DNA of 63,557 nucleotides from a virus (Duplodnaviria; Caudoviricetes): IMG/VR virus record IMGVR_UViG_3300021791_000002, positions 1 to 63,557 of that record; one strand, 5' to 3'. Shown piece by piece: positions 21,701 to 30,947 of this stretch (position 1 is its first letter; each line of letters starts with the position of its first letter). The notes under the pieces were generated by a model. It saw only the letters and a program-made list of their open reading frames with translations, ran no database searches and was not told where the DNA came from. The position numbers and the translations under genes were made by a program.

Positions 21701-24700
21701 CCCGGCTTATGTTTCAATACAGAACCCTCTTGAAGTGCAGTCTAGACACCCCCTGATCCGCACACGCGCAACTGCTAGCATTAAACCGGCTATTGGAACA
21801 GAAATTTCGGGAACAGATGCTTTGAAGTTAATAGTTGCGGCAAAAAATATCGGTGTAGACTTAGGACTCGCAGACACACAAGCAGTCTTTAAGGAAAAGT
21901 GGAAACCTTTACCAGCGTTACTGCCTTTCGATAAAGGATTACTTAACAAACAGATTGTATCGTTAGGCGATATGATTGAACTTTTTTCGGCATATAATGC
22001 AGATATCAGTTCAATTGTACAACGTGCCGGGTTTGATGGGATCATCGAATACGGATCAGAAAATCGCGGATTAAAGGAACCTATCTATAATCCAGCACTC
22101 AAGGAAGAAGTCCCAGATATACAACAAGTTATTGTATATGATAGTAAAAAGATTAAAAGTGTTTGGAACTTGACCCCCCAGAAATCTGGAGATTTGCTTA
22201 GGTCATATAAACCTTTGAGGACTTTAAAGTCTGTCCCGGGAGACAGCAGACCACTTAATTCAAAAGAGGTTGACGAGATCAATGATGATTTACAATCTTT
22301 GTTACGTTCTGCTTCAAATCGAATAAAGCATTTGAGACGGGTCAGGTGGAGCGGTCGTCCTGAAGAAGAAAAAAAGTATTTTACGTCCACAGGGAAAAAG
22401 TACAGTTTACACAGATTGCATGACAGAGTAGAAGATTTTACTATTGTTGATACTCCCGACAAATTTAGCTTTGACGTATATGCACGAATTTTGGACATAG
22501 TTGGAGGAAAACATGATTTTCATTTTGAAGCAAATTACTCTCATATGGACCCAATGCGGGATATGATGCGTACGTTACAAAGCGAATCTAGCGAGGTTTC
22601 TGGAGTTCCTACAAACGAGGAGGTTTTTGAATTACGGCAATCTGACAATCCTCCGTGGCGAGACAATCCTACTAATAATTTTCAAAGAGAAGTGATAAAA
22701 GTATTAGAACGGGGGTTTAGTTTTAAAAGAATGCATGATGCGTGGAATGTTGTTTTTAAGATTGATGATTCATTTGATATTTTAAACCACGAAATTTCTG
22801 ACCACCGAGGCGATAATAGAGTAAATGCTCAAGTGAATAGACCTGCTTGGAGTGCGATGAATAATGCTTTAATTGCATTTATAGAAACAGCAAAACCTGC
22901 ATTTTTACAGTTTTCTGCTCAAGAAAGATCAAGAGTGAGGTTGTATTCTAATCACATGAGTCAAATAGGAGAGGTATATGGGTATGGGGTTTATAGTTTG
23001 GGAAGTGATTATTCAAAAAATTTCTTTATGCAGAAACTTTGGGATACAGAAGAGGAGTATTATCTTAACAACTCAAAAGTATTAAATATTTTTGTACCTA
23101 ATCATCCTAATTACAAGGCATTCTCTAATTTAGAAATAACTGAACTTGCTCAGTTAGGAACTAATATTGAAAAATTAGATGAGCGCAGAGCCTACAGCCC
23201 CTCGCATGATCCCTTTGCTATTTTTAGGGATTTTTCGCGACAAGCCGAACTTCCACTTGGGACTCCTATTACGACAGAAAATATATTTAAATACTTTTTT
23301 AATGACATTTTGGATTCTGCCCCTTCATTCAAAGATGGCGTTTTGAGGATTAACGAAATTGGTAAAGAAATTGAAGAGAAAAAAGAGGAATATGGACCCC
23401 GTGACAAAGGCGCAGATAATTTTAATGCTCATAGGTTACATAATGATCTTATTGCAATGGCCCGATATTTAAATAGTTTTCAGAATGATATGTCACTTAT
23501 AGCATCGCGACATCAGGTGAATAAAGACTCTGAAAACGCGCATCAATTGTTAACACTCATGGCGGTTTTTGGGAGGACTAGCGAGGTTAAAAACATACAA
23601 GGAAGACCACAAACCTCCGCAGATGTTCTTTATAATTGGATAAAAGAACATGGGTTTCCTAAAGCGACTTACACTATTTTCAGGGATTATATTAATAATG
23701 ATGGATCTCCAACATCTGGTTGGGGGATGGCTAAGAAGATAATAGATAGCTCAGACCTCCCAGATTTTAATAGAAACGATCATTTAGTTGAAATTCACTC
23801 TTTTGTTAGAAACCTTCAAAATTTAGGAGAATTAAACGGAGTTGTTGATGTTAATGCGGCTTTAAACGCAGATGCTGTATATGAAACTGAAGATTTTTTA
23901 GATATTCCAGCCACTACATACGGCTCAAGAACCATACAATATGATGGAGAAAAAGATAGATTTCTTCTATTAGATTTCTCTGAAGATATTGAAGGAAAGG
24001 TACTTGGTAAAATCGCCTTTATGAGGCCTGAGGCTTTGAATGAGGAGTGGCTTAGCGATGATTGGGATTCGTTGGGAGGGGAGGAGGGATGGAGCAGTCT
24101 GTTACAAAAATCTAATACATCACATTACAAACCAAAATTAGGGCAACCGTTAACACTAGATTCTTTTATTGATTTTTTAACTGCAAAAACAGATCAAGAA
24201 ATTATTGACAACAACCCCAACCTCGTATCACCTATTTTCTCCGCTCCTATAGAGGAGACTATTCAGGTAATAGATAAAATATCTAGGGTACAAGGTGGCC
24301 TTTCGCGGCACCAACGCGGCCTCTCATCCTCGTCACACTTTTCACTGATACTGAGGGAGATAAGCGAAAACATATCATATGATCAGTTGTTAGGAGTATT
24401 ACACTATGACACAAGTCTATTATTAGGCTTGCCCCCAGAAAGTTCTATTTACGACATAAGTTCTCCCCACAGAGTGCAACCTACAAGTTTGGAGGATAGT
24501 TCCGAGGAGGCAAGGGAAAGATTAAACCAAAATCTTAGGGGGGAATTTCAACCACAACCAGAGACATTAGAGTCAGCAAGCACAAGATATCCTTATAGAC
24601 AAGAAGACGCAGTAATTGCTAGGAAAAGGGCTATAATTGAGAATATACGAGATTTTCTTATCGCAGATTCAAATTCTTATCGTATTACAGAATCAGATGC

Positions 24701-27700
24701 AGAAATTCTTGCAACTGCACGTCCTGATTTACAGAGAGAGATTATAGACGGCAGAAACAGAATGCGGTTCACAACTGCAGCAAGGATGGGAGAAGAAGCA
24801 ATAGCAGAAGAACAGGAGGCTCGTAGGTCTTCAGCTAATAGAATAATACTGCCTAAGCAACAAGAGTTTATTCGGAAGTTAATGCCTTATTTTAAAACAC
24901 CTCCTCTTACAGAGAATTTTGATACTTTTGAAACATTAGCCCCTCATGACTCTTTGCGACATTCTTCTGAAGGGTACATGCAGATGTTGCAATTTAGGAG
25001 TGATGCCCGCAATACTTTTGCAAGAATTAGACGACTCTCTCCGAATATCTCACAAAGTCCCGAATTTTTAATTAATTTATGGTTTGCTATACAATTCGCA
25101 AAACACGGAGATTTTAAAGGATTGTCAAGAACCGCACATCAAAGAGCAACAGACATACGCCAAGACCCTAATCGTGAAGCCCTTGTAGCTTTCGATCCTG
25201 AATCTGATAAGTTTGTAACGCACGTTGATGATGCTGGTTTGGTTACACCCTCATTTGCCCGTATAACACAGCAAGAAATAGCAGATGATTGGAATAATGC
25301 TTATGACCAAGTCAAGGAAAATAGCAACAATCCTATTTTTAAATACCTTAATGATATGCTAGCAAGTGCTGACCCTGATGATGTATCGTGGGTTAAGATG
25401 TTACAAGGAGATGATCTTGAAATAGAAAAACCGCTTACATCATTTGAAGAAGAAACCATACGAGATCAAGACCCGCAGTCGTCACTACACTTCACATCTA
25501 CACTTATTGATGCATATAGAGAAAGATTGTCAAAAGTCTCATGGAACATTTCATCTTTACGGGCAGCAGAAGAATTAACAATTTCAGAGGGAGCAAGTCA
25601 AGTAGACCCGGAAACTTTGGAATCTGTGATAAATTTTGCAATTTCAGATTTGGAATCCCCGCGAATGTATGACCCGATAGCAAAAGAATTTATTCCGTGG
25701 GCACAAGACTGGTGGGGTTTTTCGTCTCCAGCATTTATCTCCCAGATTCCAGAGGGGTCTGAATATGGGTCACAAACTAATTTAGAAGAAAACCTTCAGG
25801 AACGTATTGACGCATTAAATGCAATGTTGGCTAGATATCGCGAACTTGGATTTGATGATAATAGAGTTAAAACTCTACTTGAAATAGTTGAATTACATGG
25901 AGACGAAATTAATGGGATTGATCTTTCTTGGGCAGAAAGAATCCCGGACTCAGCGGAAGGCATACTGATTGATTTGGGAGATGATACACTTGAACTGGAA
26001 GAAGTAGAATTTACGCCCGATGACCTCACGGAAGAAGAACTTGATCTGGAACAGGATCTTGAAGAGACAACACATGCCTTAGAATCAGTCCAAGATGATC
26101 ATATAGCGAGAACATTCGCTGTTCCAGTAAGAATTGGCAATGTTGTTGGAAGAAGCACTAGTGGGAGCGGTGGGGAGAATAACTTTTATGAGAGATTAGA
26201 TAGAACAGAAATTATAGCATTCAGTGACTACACAAACATGAGCGAAGACGATCATATGTATATGGTCAATTATTTAGAGGATAATACTGGAAGCGAAATT
26301 TTTACAAGAGGGGGAACCCATGAAGAACGAGAACTTTCTGGGTTAAGGGCGCAGGGAGACGGCGAACTCCTTTCACACGCCGCCACACGCCCCCACGACT
26401 CCGACTTCCTCACAGGAGTTACTGAAAGCTCGCTCCTTCAGCGCAATCAAAGTCGTCTTCCTTCAGAAATAAGAAGAGGAGTTGAAACATTAGGTCCACA
26501 CACATGGAATACTGTAATTCATGCGTTCAGACAACTAAACGAATCTGATCAAAACTATGCAAATAGACGAAGATTTACACAAGGCATCGATGCGGATAAA
26601 GAACTAATCACCAGTATCATGAGTGCCGAAAGAATTAGAGGACCAAGCGAATCTTCTACTTGGCACACAAATCCTATAATAGGGAGGGGATTGTGGTTGC
26701 GCCACAGGTACTTTAATTTTGTTATAGAAAACATTTTTAAAAACAAAATGAGGGCGCAAGAAGCTGATGCGTTGAGATCGATTCCGTCCTCAACTATTAA
26801 TTTAGACTTTTCTAATTCAACGCCCGAAGAACGATCCGAAGGTCTTAGTTTTATTGGAGCAGTTAATTTTTATTCCCCCAGAAGTAGTCGTTCTCTTAGA
26901 ACAGCAAGCCTTTCCAGACTGGAGACAATAAAAGATGTAATTGCTGCATCATTATATCAATCCACAAAAGAATTTTATGCTTACTTATCTAAGAACGAAT
27001 CAAATTTGTTACGGGCAATGTATGACGGAGAAGCTTTTGCGTCACAAGTCATTGGGAATAAAATATTTGCGATGTTGTGGTCGCCAAAAATGGAGCGAGC
27101 TGCAGGGGCTGAACAAGGAATGCGCGACCCTGAAAATTCACTACTTCAGGAACCGGACGGTTGGACTCCTCTAGAGACGTTGTTTTTAAATATTCAAGAA
27201 GAAGAAGGCAGAGGATTGGTTCCAGTAAGTCAATCAAATTTTGAAGTTGAATTTAAAGAAGATTTATCCGATATTTTCAATCGTGCGAGACGTGAAGGAA
27301 GACAGCAAAATAATGCGAATGAAGACCTTGCAATACTTAGGTCTGTTCGCCGCAACTTGCCGCTGACGAGGCTTGATACTGAATCAGACACAGAAAATAA
27401 ATTAAGTCAGAGTTTTAAAACACCCGATGGGGACAAAATACATATCGATTCTAATGCCTTTATTAGCACCCCGCTAGCTGGAGGTGTCCTTGATTCTAAG
27501 GAATTAGAAGATGCGGGGACACGGGCAGGGTTAAATATTTATGACCCAATGAATGTTTGGAATATTAATTTTAATTCTGAAAGAAACGGGCCGGATATTA
27601 TAGGAGAAGGAAAACACATTCACAGGATCGCCAACGGGGTTAAACAATTTCTTGGAAGACTAGTAGAACAAAAAAATCCAGATGTTATAAAATTATCTGC

Positions 27701-30700
27701 ATTTGATCCTAGTTTTATTTTGAGTGGAAGTAGAAAGGAATTAAGACTAAATGATTTAAAAAGAGATTCTCGTATCTCTGTTTATAAATTTGCAGCACAA
27801 CAAATTGGGAGAGATTATGGGTACAAATTGTTCTTGCGAAGAAAAAATTGGGACGCGGGTTTGATTGTACTGCAAAGAAAAGAGTTAACAGTTCCTAAAT
27901 TAAGAAATATTGTTGAAGAGTATAACCATAAAACAGGGGAAAATGTTTCTTGGGATTCTCTACGAAATTGGCAACGATCCTTTTCAGAAATAACTGAATC
28001 ATATCTGGACTCCGAATATGCAAATGACCGAGAATTACCTCCTTATAATGTTCTGAAGCTGGGGTTGTCAAAGGAAGCAAAAAAGCAACTTACGAAGTTG
28101 CATGACGCAATCCCGGAATTTATGCGTGGGACATACAAAAAGGAAATCACAAATTTTGTAATCAATGATATTGCCGGGAAAAAGGCCAAAGAACCAACAG
28201 GAAGACTTCAAAACACAATATTAAGATCAAGAGAGAATAAGCCACTCCACTCATCTGAATTTCCTTCTGTGGATCGTACGATGCGGTCATTAAAGGCAAA
28301 ATCAGGAGAACCGGAAACTGCGTTTGGCAGATGGGCTACAAATGTAATGAATTATTTGAAGGGGAAACATCTTGGAAATCTAGAAGAAGAAGATAAGTAT
28401 TTAATTGGAAGATATCGGGCATTAGGAAAAGTCGCAGAAATGACCGAGATGGGCGAGAGATTTTACAAAGCATTCAAGGACGCAAGATACACCAAGGAGA
28501 TTTATGAGTTCTTAACCACAAAGGGTGCTGATCCAGCAATGATTCCAGATGATACTGAAAGAAAGAATGCTATAGACGCAAAAGAGAAAATAATAAGAAT
28601 CGGAGAAGACTTGGCAGATTTAGGGATGCTCCCGCAATCGACATTAACAAAGTTGAAGGGGCAATATCTCCCCAGAATCTATTTAACTCACTTATTAAAG
28701 GATGAAACTGTAAAAGCCTTGCAGGGGGGAGGAAGACCGTCAACTTCACAACTAGACTACTTAAAACACCGGAGAGATATCCCGAAAGCAGTACGGGAAC
28801 TCTTGTTACGAGAAATAAAAGATCCGGATTACCTTGTTGGTCGCGCACTAATGATTCCCGGGCGAGACATTGCATTAATGAATTGGTATAGCGACCTCGC
28901 ACAAAACCCAAAGTGGGCATACCAAGAAAGTGTAGTAGAGTTCGATACACTGAAAGAGGTTCAAAACATAATCAGAAATATGCCGGGGGTCGATTCAGAT
29001 GCGGTAATGAAACTCTTTGAGTTGGACCCGTCAATTGAAGATCGTAGGAATTCATTAAAAGAAAGGATAAGATTTGTTCAATCCCAAATTACCGGGACTA
29101 AAGACAAGGATTTAAAGGAAGTATTACGAAGGGATTTAGCTAATCTAAAAGATTCTTACAAACTTTTAACGCCAAGAAAAGTTTCCGGAGAGTATCTCGT
29201 AAATGAAGCTGCACGAATCAGGAAGGATATCCTGCCTACGCTTGACGGGCAAGCCCGGGACATTGGGAGCAAGTTAACCCAGCGTATGGACACCGTTGGC
29301 GAAGAGCATAAAAAAGAGGACTACGATCAGAGATATTGGCGTAAAATGCCAAACACAAAGAGATTTGGTCGCCTTAGAGGTATGATAGTGCGGCGAGAAA
29401 TATATGACGATATTGTTGGTTCACAAAAAATAGTTCAAAACGAAAACCCGGATTTAATTGACGAGGTTTTTGGAGAGGGAGGATACGTTGAACGTGCCGG
29501 GCAACTTTGGAAGTGGAGTAAAGTTGCAGGGAATTTCCCGCCCTCACACGTCAGAAACTTTACATCAAATATGATATTGATGCATCTGGGGGGAGTCCCC
29601 GGTGCCTCATTGCCCGGATTGCTTGTGAAAGCAGTACGGGAACTTTCTACGGACGGGGAACACTACAGGATCGCAAAGCGTTATGGATTAAAGGGGTCAA
29701 GCTTTAGCGCAAACGAGTTGGGGAAAATCGAAAAGGAATTTACTGAATTAAAAAGAAGGCTTGATAAGGGCAAGGTGAGTTGGTTGCCGGGGACTTTAGG
29801 AGCATTGAGAAGGGGGTTTGAAGGGGTTAAAGAAGCAACCTCTAAGACTTACGAATTGATGGAAGCACTTGGCAAAACAATGATGATAATTGATGGGGTT
29901 AATCGCCTTAAATTATCTGAAGAAGATGCTGTAATCCGCGCCCAAAAATATCTTTTTGATTATTCGTTGCTACCGGGGTGGGCTAGAAAAGTAAGACGTG
30001 CAGCACTTGGCGCACCGTTTTTGACATTCTATTATAAAACGCTTCCGGTGTTGATTGAGACAATGAGATCACGTCCGTGGAAGCTTGCACCGTATTTCCT
30101 TCTTGGGTCTGGAATGCAATACGCAGCAAAATCCGCATTGGATTTAGATGATGACGAGTATGAAGCATTAAAAAAGTCACTTCCTGAGTGGTTGAGGAAC
30201 AAGCCGCATGTTTATGTATTGCCTTGGAAAGACGAACATGGTCGGGTGCAGTGGGTTGACGGTAGTTACTTGATGCCTTGGGGGATGTTCTCTGCTTTAC
30301 TGCAGGAGATGTCTCCTGTTAACCTAAGCAGGTTGATTGATATTACTCCTGACGTTGAAACAAAAACACCTAGCGTTAAAAACATTTTTGGAACATTAGG
30401 CTTGATGACTGGTCCTGTTCCCTCTACAATCAGTGCCACTTTAACTGGGGTGGACCCGTTTACTAGGCGACCTATTTGGAATGAGCGAGATAGTGCAGGA
30501 GATCAGGTTTTGAGTGCCGGGTTGTATGCCTATAATTTGTCAATGCCAACACTATGGGCAGGTTTACCGGATTTAATGTTGCATTCTGATCAGCAACGAC
30601 TGCAAGGTGGAATCAGGAAGTTGTGGGGTTCTGCTAGGGGTGAATTAAATAACAGGGGGTTACCCAAAGATACAATTAAACAATCATGGTTGAGGTTCGG

Positions 30701-30941
30701 CGGGATCAACATTTATGGATTTGAACCGAAGCAAGCAAGGAAGGATAGCTTGTTTAATATGCGCCGAAATCTTAGAGATGCTCAAAGAGACATGAGAATC
30801 GAGATCAGGAATATGTCCCAACGCGGAAAAACTCTTGATGAAATATCAGATAGACGATCTGAACTCATGAATCGGGTTAAAGATGAGCAACTTAAATTAC
30901 GCGAATATACTGCGGCTACGAGGAAAGTAGTAAACCTATAA
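15741..30941 (+). CDS. Giant polyvalent internal virion protein (GNAT, zincin metallopeptidase, ADP-ribosyltransferase-like domains, C-terminal LPD38-like ejection module)
   Basis: EWRGKGLG GNAT motif A; WHEALGH; YHG/FHG...Y[VF]T...GYDG...KS ART-PolyVal-like units; YRGMS ART-like unit; FDYS/PF.TF/LPEW/DPFT.RPI C-terminus. Confidence 0.8.
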   Translation: MSQLNFWQHLQFQVKYAPVSETDDDLEKWKKRSQVIDNEVEKSGISNPTFVKIAKDRLLGQRPPTYSALENIAEDLPTGFARGTYGSFTKSVGAGLSAPRASVMDDLQPFFDKGIQDEVTGEMREYTQEEKEEFATKYLSNELPHPFIPTFLSPKRKDIYDRPEKPEWLQELGTNLYEHGKEFRERWQGEGRAATNEEYIRKAYSPSGDIVEKLFAKAIQRGWVNSPSELARSTGESVASLGAGVTAGTAGFLAGGPRGAAAGFMAGATMQASLQVADGVGESVENDEEIKKLVEQTVLQKYTTEQLANEDIRDKVKEETDDKMNDLGKFWTSETIQRRLGSPAALIDLIGAYPLGNIVARAILDTGAEAGSEAYDTALEETIKLNAKEDLLQELGVPQSEIDEVLNYETIAGLRINDWMKVVRGGTAGAILGAGTTAPTIAIEEAGKLAVNTLKKSSDPRIDPDRTARKTLRDQEMIDTKEEAYVEQVRLQGLDAQVKGLDAEAKAETARLNAEREKEKTEQERIKARLKGYLEGDPKEQLALDQQVETTSDQVMPDLPDMPDEFGPSSTAEDIRVSSELTPEEVREEEDRWEKALKFYDDFYMAEGGVVGLSEPYKNDPLPGYKHYNLTAVGENIGRVILRKTEDNFDVLHLEISPEWRGKGLGFRWLEQEITKAKSQGIDSTLQLTHNPNVIKWAQEKGGVLEGVNEEQGTVSTITFPVKDETTQVDPRLAPQPETAPDERAQLEQSILDDFASYDAEYRETGVASQVSEDEAGNTTLRSASSAQDRSDKNLEAIPSPISQNESRDSVHRNTKATTEAVVKLFARRFPKLGLKLGENVLILTDNEYRRYLDSRAVEQGRLDDITVQGVEDFAQELSRASDYVPGTEGHYEKDTGRVVLNVDNISAAGEQRNASDRLVEVLWHEALGHKGLIEGLNDASTDGKGYNRFINAFLDSYQDDPVFNAYVSEVGLEDNRFGAAEEFIVQKFREGNVFNLDEEGNLYESIDTGENRFSQGSLENKFLDSLVASFKAAIGRDGVNKGRLDDRQIRHIMLALKLKNMGQNVLGRRPVISFEDQDDFILESDPSDQTVTKETTDADGNTILHSLDSKLPEGYRDIKKFRHATGKEWRWEFNLPPTKGRKKDRTFQIRAFRAKATSDTVGGASTFTAFDDKTGVATESKPLYEVDPEFKSKIDAANIDPNNENAYVFDFGKLNPRSGKISYLRTKEGSEKEIMSQVVSFLKEFLGDVRPQQLIYTGKEETEDSVEGKVPAINRLYTRINQRMADEFSYPQNVEHLYNGDLEGIFILQDAPAEAEGQAAQESVPPTPEVKRVLDLSRQAEENLLRSIGPTVQEQEAILRSAARTPEFRKFFRGNKLTADLMGGNPNEPLMVYHGAKGGFEGVGFKEKDRSRVEPPLSDERGSEHLGARERREPFIYVTTSKRLASGYGGRTKRGVVLPLYARIRKPFVFTAKAYNDWAEQKFGVRPMDEEDVAYSNAFLSPPSKQDRRYPHDVIYRIAQHMWRDAYFFQGILDQGYDGAIFEGSSSQGNDHIALVLPQNLKSQWNVEPEEGLDLLRSAPQKFKRNWYGDEGLYDPSYVSEVKTEELKGDTGEVLGTKEVPQFESGIDFTIPDESEEGLLYRGMSDGEYQEFVKTGEVKSAGSYNIGEQAGLTYYSTSIQSAEAYADRFAPSQFKASFEKPAYVVAINAPDTKYTRHVEGVGEHEVGVSIPIPSKDIVAIYKGEVIEHRPGTEGEGISIAPSSKLSWKKIFDQRSQKPLGREPVEEGALDLPDAPPGFWEKADSDYDSLFTEEKASQRLKYVHDLINKTLSDGGDTFANEIGENNTIDHENYIADLRVFSSEPVTGSDRLTGEEKKINPATALYMQTKTPKFRKFYRGSRLVNTDKKSPNYNKPIMLFHGTFEWEGKGFKNKFRGRSTQGLAGAVGTGLNTGGILGHGFYFTSNLNVAESYATTDWNPSGEGGFIIPAYVSIQNPLEVQSRHPLIRTRATASIKPAIGTEISGTDALKLIVAAKNIGVDLGLADTQAVFKEKWKPLPALLPFDKGLLNKQIVSLGDMIELFSAYNADISSIVQRAGFDGIIEYGSENRGLKEPIYNPALKEEVPDIQQVIVYDSKKIKSVWNLTPQKSGDLLRSYKPLRTLKSVPGDSRPLNSKEVDEINDDLQSLLRSASNRIKHLRRVRWSGRPEEEKKYFTSTGKKYSLHRLHDRVEDFTIVDTPDKFSFDVYARILDIVGGKHDFHFEANYSHMDPMRDMMRTLQSESSEVSGVPTNEEVFELRQSDNPPWRDNPTNNFQREVIKVLERGFSFKRMHDAWNVVFKIDDSFDILNHEISDHRGDNRVNAQVNRPAWSAMNNALIAFIETAKPAFLQFSAQERSRVRLYSNHMSQIGEVYGYGVYSLGSDYSKNFFMQKLWDTEEEYYLNNSKVLNIFVPNHPNYKAFSNLEITELAQLGTNIEKLDERRAYSPSHDPFAIFRDFSRQAELPLGTPITTENIFKYFFNDILDSAPSFKDGVLRINEIGKEIEEKKEEYGPRDKGADNFNAHRLHNDLIAMARYLNSFQNDMSLIASRHQVNKDSENAHQLLTLMAVFGRTSEVKNIQGRPQTSADVLYNWIKEHGFPKATYTIFRDYINNDGSPTSGWGMAKKIIDSSDLPDFNRNDHLVEIHSFVRNLQNLGELNGVVDVNAALNADAVYETEDFLDIPATTYGSRTIQYDGEKDRFLLLDFSEDIEGKVLGKIAFMRPEALNEEWLSDDWDSLGGEEGWSSLLQKSNTSHYKPKLGQPLTLDSFIDFLTAKTDQEIIDNNPNLVSPIFSAPIEETIQVIDKISRVQGGLSRHQRGLSSSSHFSLILREISENISYDQLLGVLHYDTSLLLGLPPESSIYDISSPHRVQPTSLEDSSEEARERLNQNLRGEFQPQPETLESASTRYPYRQEDAVIARKRAIIENIRDFLIADSNSYRITESDAEILATARPDLQREIIDGRNRMRFTTAARMGEEAIAEEQEARRSSANRIILPKQQEFIRKLMPYFKTPPLTENFDTFETLAPHDSLRHSSEGYMQMLQFRSDARNTFARIRRLSPNISQSPEFLINLWFAIQFAKHGDFKGLSRTAHQRATDIRQDPNREALVAFDPESDKFVTHVDDAGLVTPSFARITQQEIADDWNNAYDQVKENSNNPIFKYLNDMLASADPDDVSWVKMLQGDDLEIEKPLTSFEEETIRDQDPQSSLHFTSTLIDAYRERLSKVSWNISSLRAAEELTISEGASQVDPETLESVINFAISDLESPRMYDPIAKEFIPWAQDWWGFSSPAFISQIPEGSEYGSQTNLEENLQERIDALNAMLARYRELGFDDNRVKTLLEIVELHGDEINGIDLSWAERIPDSAEGILIDLGDDTLELEEVEFTPDDLTEEELDLEQDLEETTHALESVQDDHIARTFAVPVRIGNVVGRSTSGSGGENNFYERLDRTEIIAFSDYTNMSEDDHMYMVNYLEDNTGSEIFTRGGTHEERELSGLRAQGDGELLSHAATRPHDSDFLTGVTESSLLQRNQSRLPSEIRRGVETLGPHTWNTVIHAFRQLNESDQNYANRRRFTQGIDADKELITSIMSAERIRGPSESSTWHTNPIIGRGLWLRHRYFNFVIENIFKNKMRAQEADALRSIPSSTINLDFSNSTPEERSEGLSFIGAVNFYSPRSSRSLRTASLSRLETIKDVIAASLYQSTKEFYAYLSKNESNLLRAMYDGEAFASQVIGNKIFAMLWSPKMERAAGAEQGMRDPENSLLQEPDGWTPLETLFLNIQEEEGRGLVPVSQSNFEVEFKEDLSDIFNRARREGRQQNNANEDLAILRSVRRNLPLTRLDTESDTENKLSQSFKTPDGDKIHIDSNAFISTPLAGGVLDSKELEDAGTRAGLNIYDPMNVWNINFNSERNGPDIIGEGKHIHRIANGVKQFLGRLVEQKNPDVIKLSAFDPSFILSGSRKELRLNDLKRDSRISVYKFAAQQIGRDYGYKLFLRRKNWDAGLIVLQRKELTVPKLRNIVEEYNHKTGENVSWDSLRNWQRSFSEITESYLDSEYANDRELPPYNVLKLGLSKEAKKQLTKLHDAIPEFMRGTYKKEITNFVINDIAGKKAKEPTGRLQNTILRSRENKPLHSSEFPSVDRTMRSLKAKSGEPETAFGRWATNVMNYLKGKHLGNLEEEDKYLIGRYRALGKVAEMTEMGERFYKAFKDARYTKEIYEFLTTKGADPAMIPDDTERKNAIDAKEKIIRIGEDLADLGMLPQSTLTKLKGQYLPRIYLTHLLKDETVKALQGGGRPSTSQLDYLKHRRDIPKAVRELLLREIKDPDYLVGRALMIPGRDIALMNWYSDLAQNPKWAYQESVVEFDTLKEVQNIIRNMPGVDSDAVMKLFELDPSIEDRRNSLKERIRFVQSQITGTKDKDLKEVLRRDLANLKDSYKLLTPRKVSGEYLVNEAARIRKDILPTLDGQARDIGSKLTQRMDTVGEEHKKEDYDQRYWRKMPNTKRFGRLRGMIVRREIYDDIVGSQKIVQNENPDLIDEVFGEGGYVERAGQLWKWSKVAGNFPPSHVRNFTSNMILMHLGGVPGASLPGLLVKAVRELSTDGEHYRIAKRYGLKGSSFSANELGKIEKEFTELKRRLDKGKVSWLPGTLGALRRGFEGVKEATSKTYELMEALGKTMMIIDGVNRLKLSEEDAVIRAQKYLFDYSLLPGWARKVRRAALGAPFLTFYYKTLPVLIETMRSRPWKLAPYFLLGSGMQYAAKSALDLDDDEYEALKKSLPEWLRNKPHVYVLPWKDEHGRVQWVDGSYLMPWGMFSALLQEMSPVNLSRLIDITPDVETKTPSVKNIFGTLGLMTGPVPSTISATLTGVDPFTRRPIWNERDSAGDQVLSAGLYAYNLSMPTLWAGLPDLMLHSDQQRLQGGIRKLWGSARGELNNRGLPKDTIKQSWLRFGGINIYGFEPKQARKDSLFNMRRNLRDAQRDMRIEIRNMSQRGKTLDEISDRRSELMNRVKDEQLKLREYTAATRKVVNL

Positions 30942-30947
30942 TGAGAC

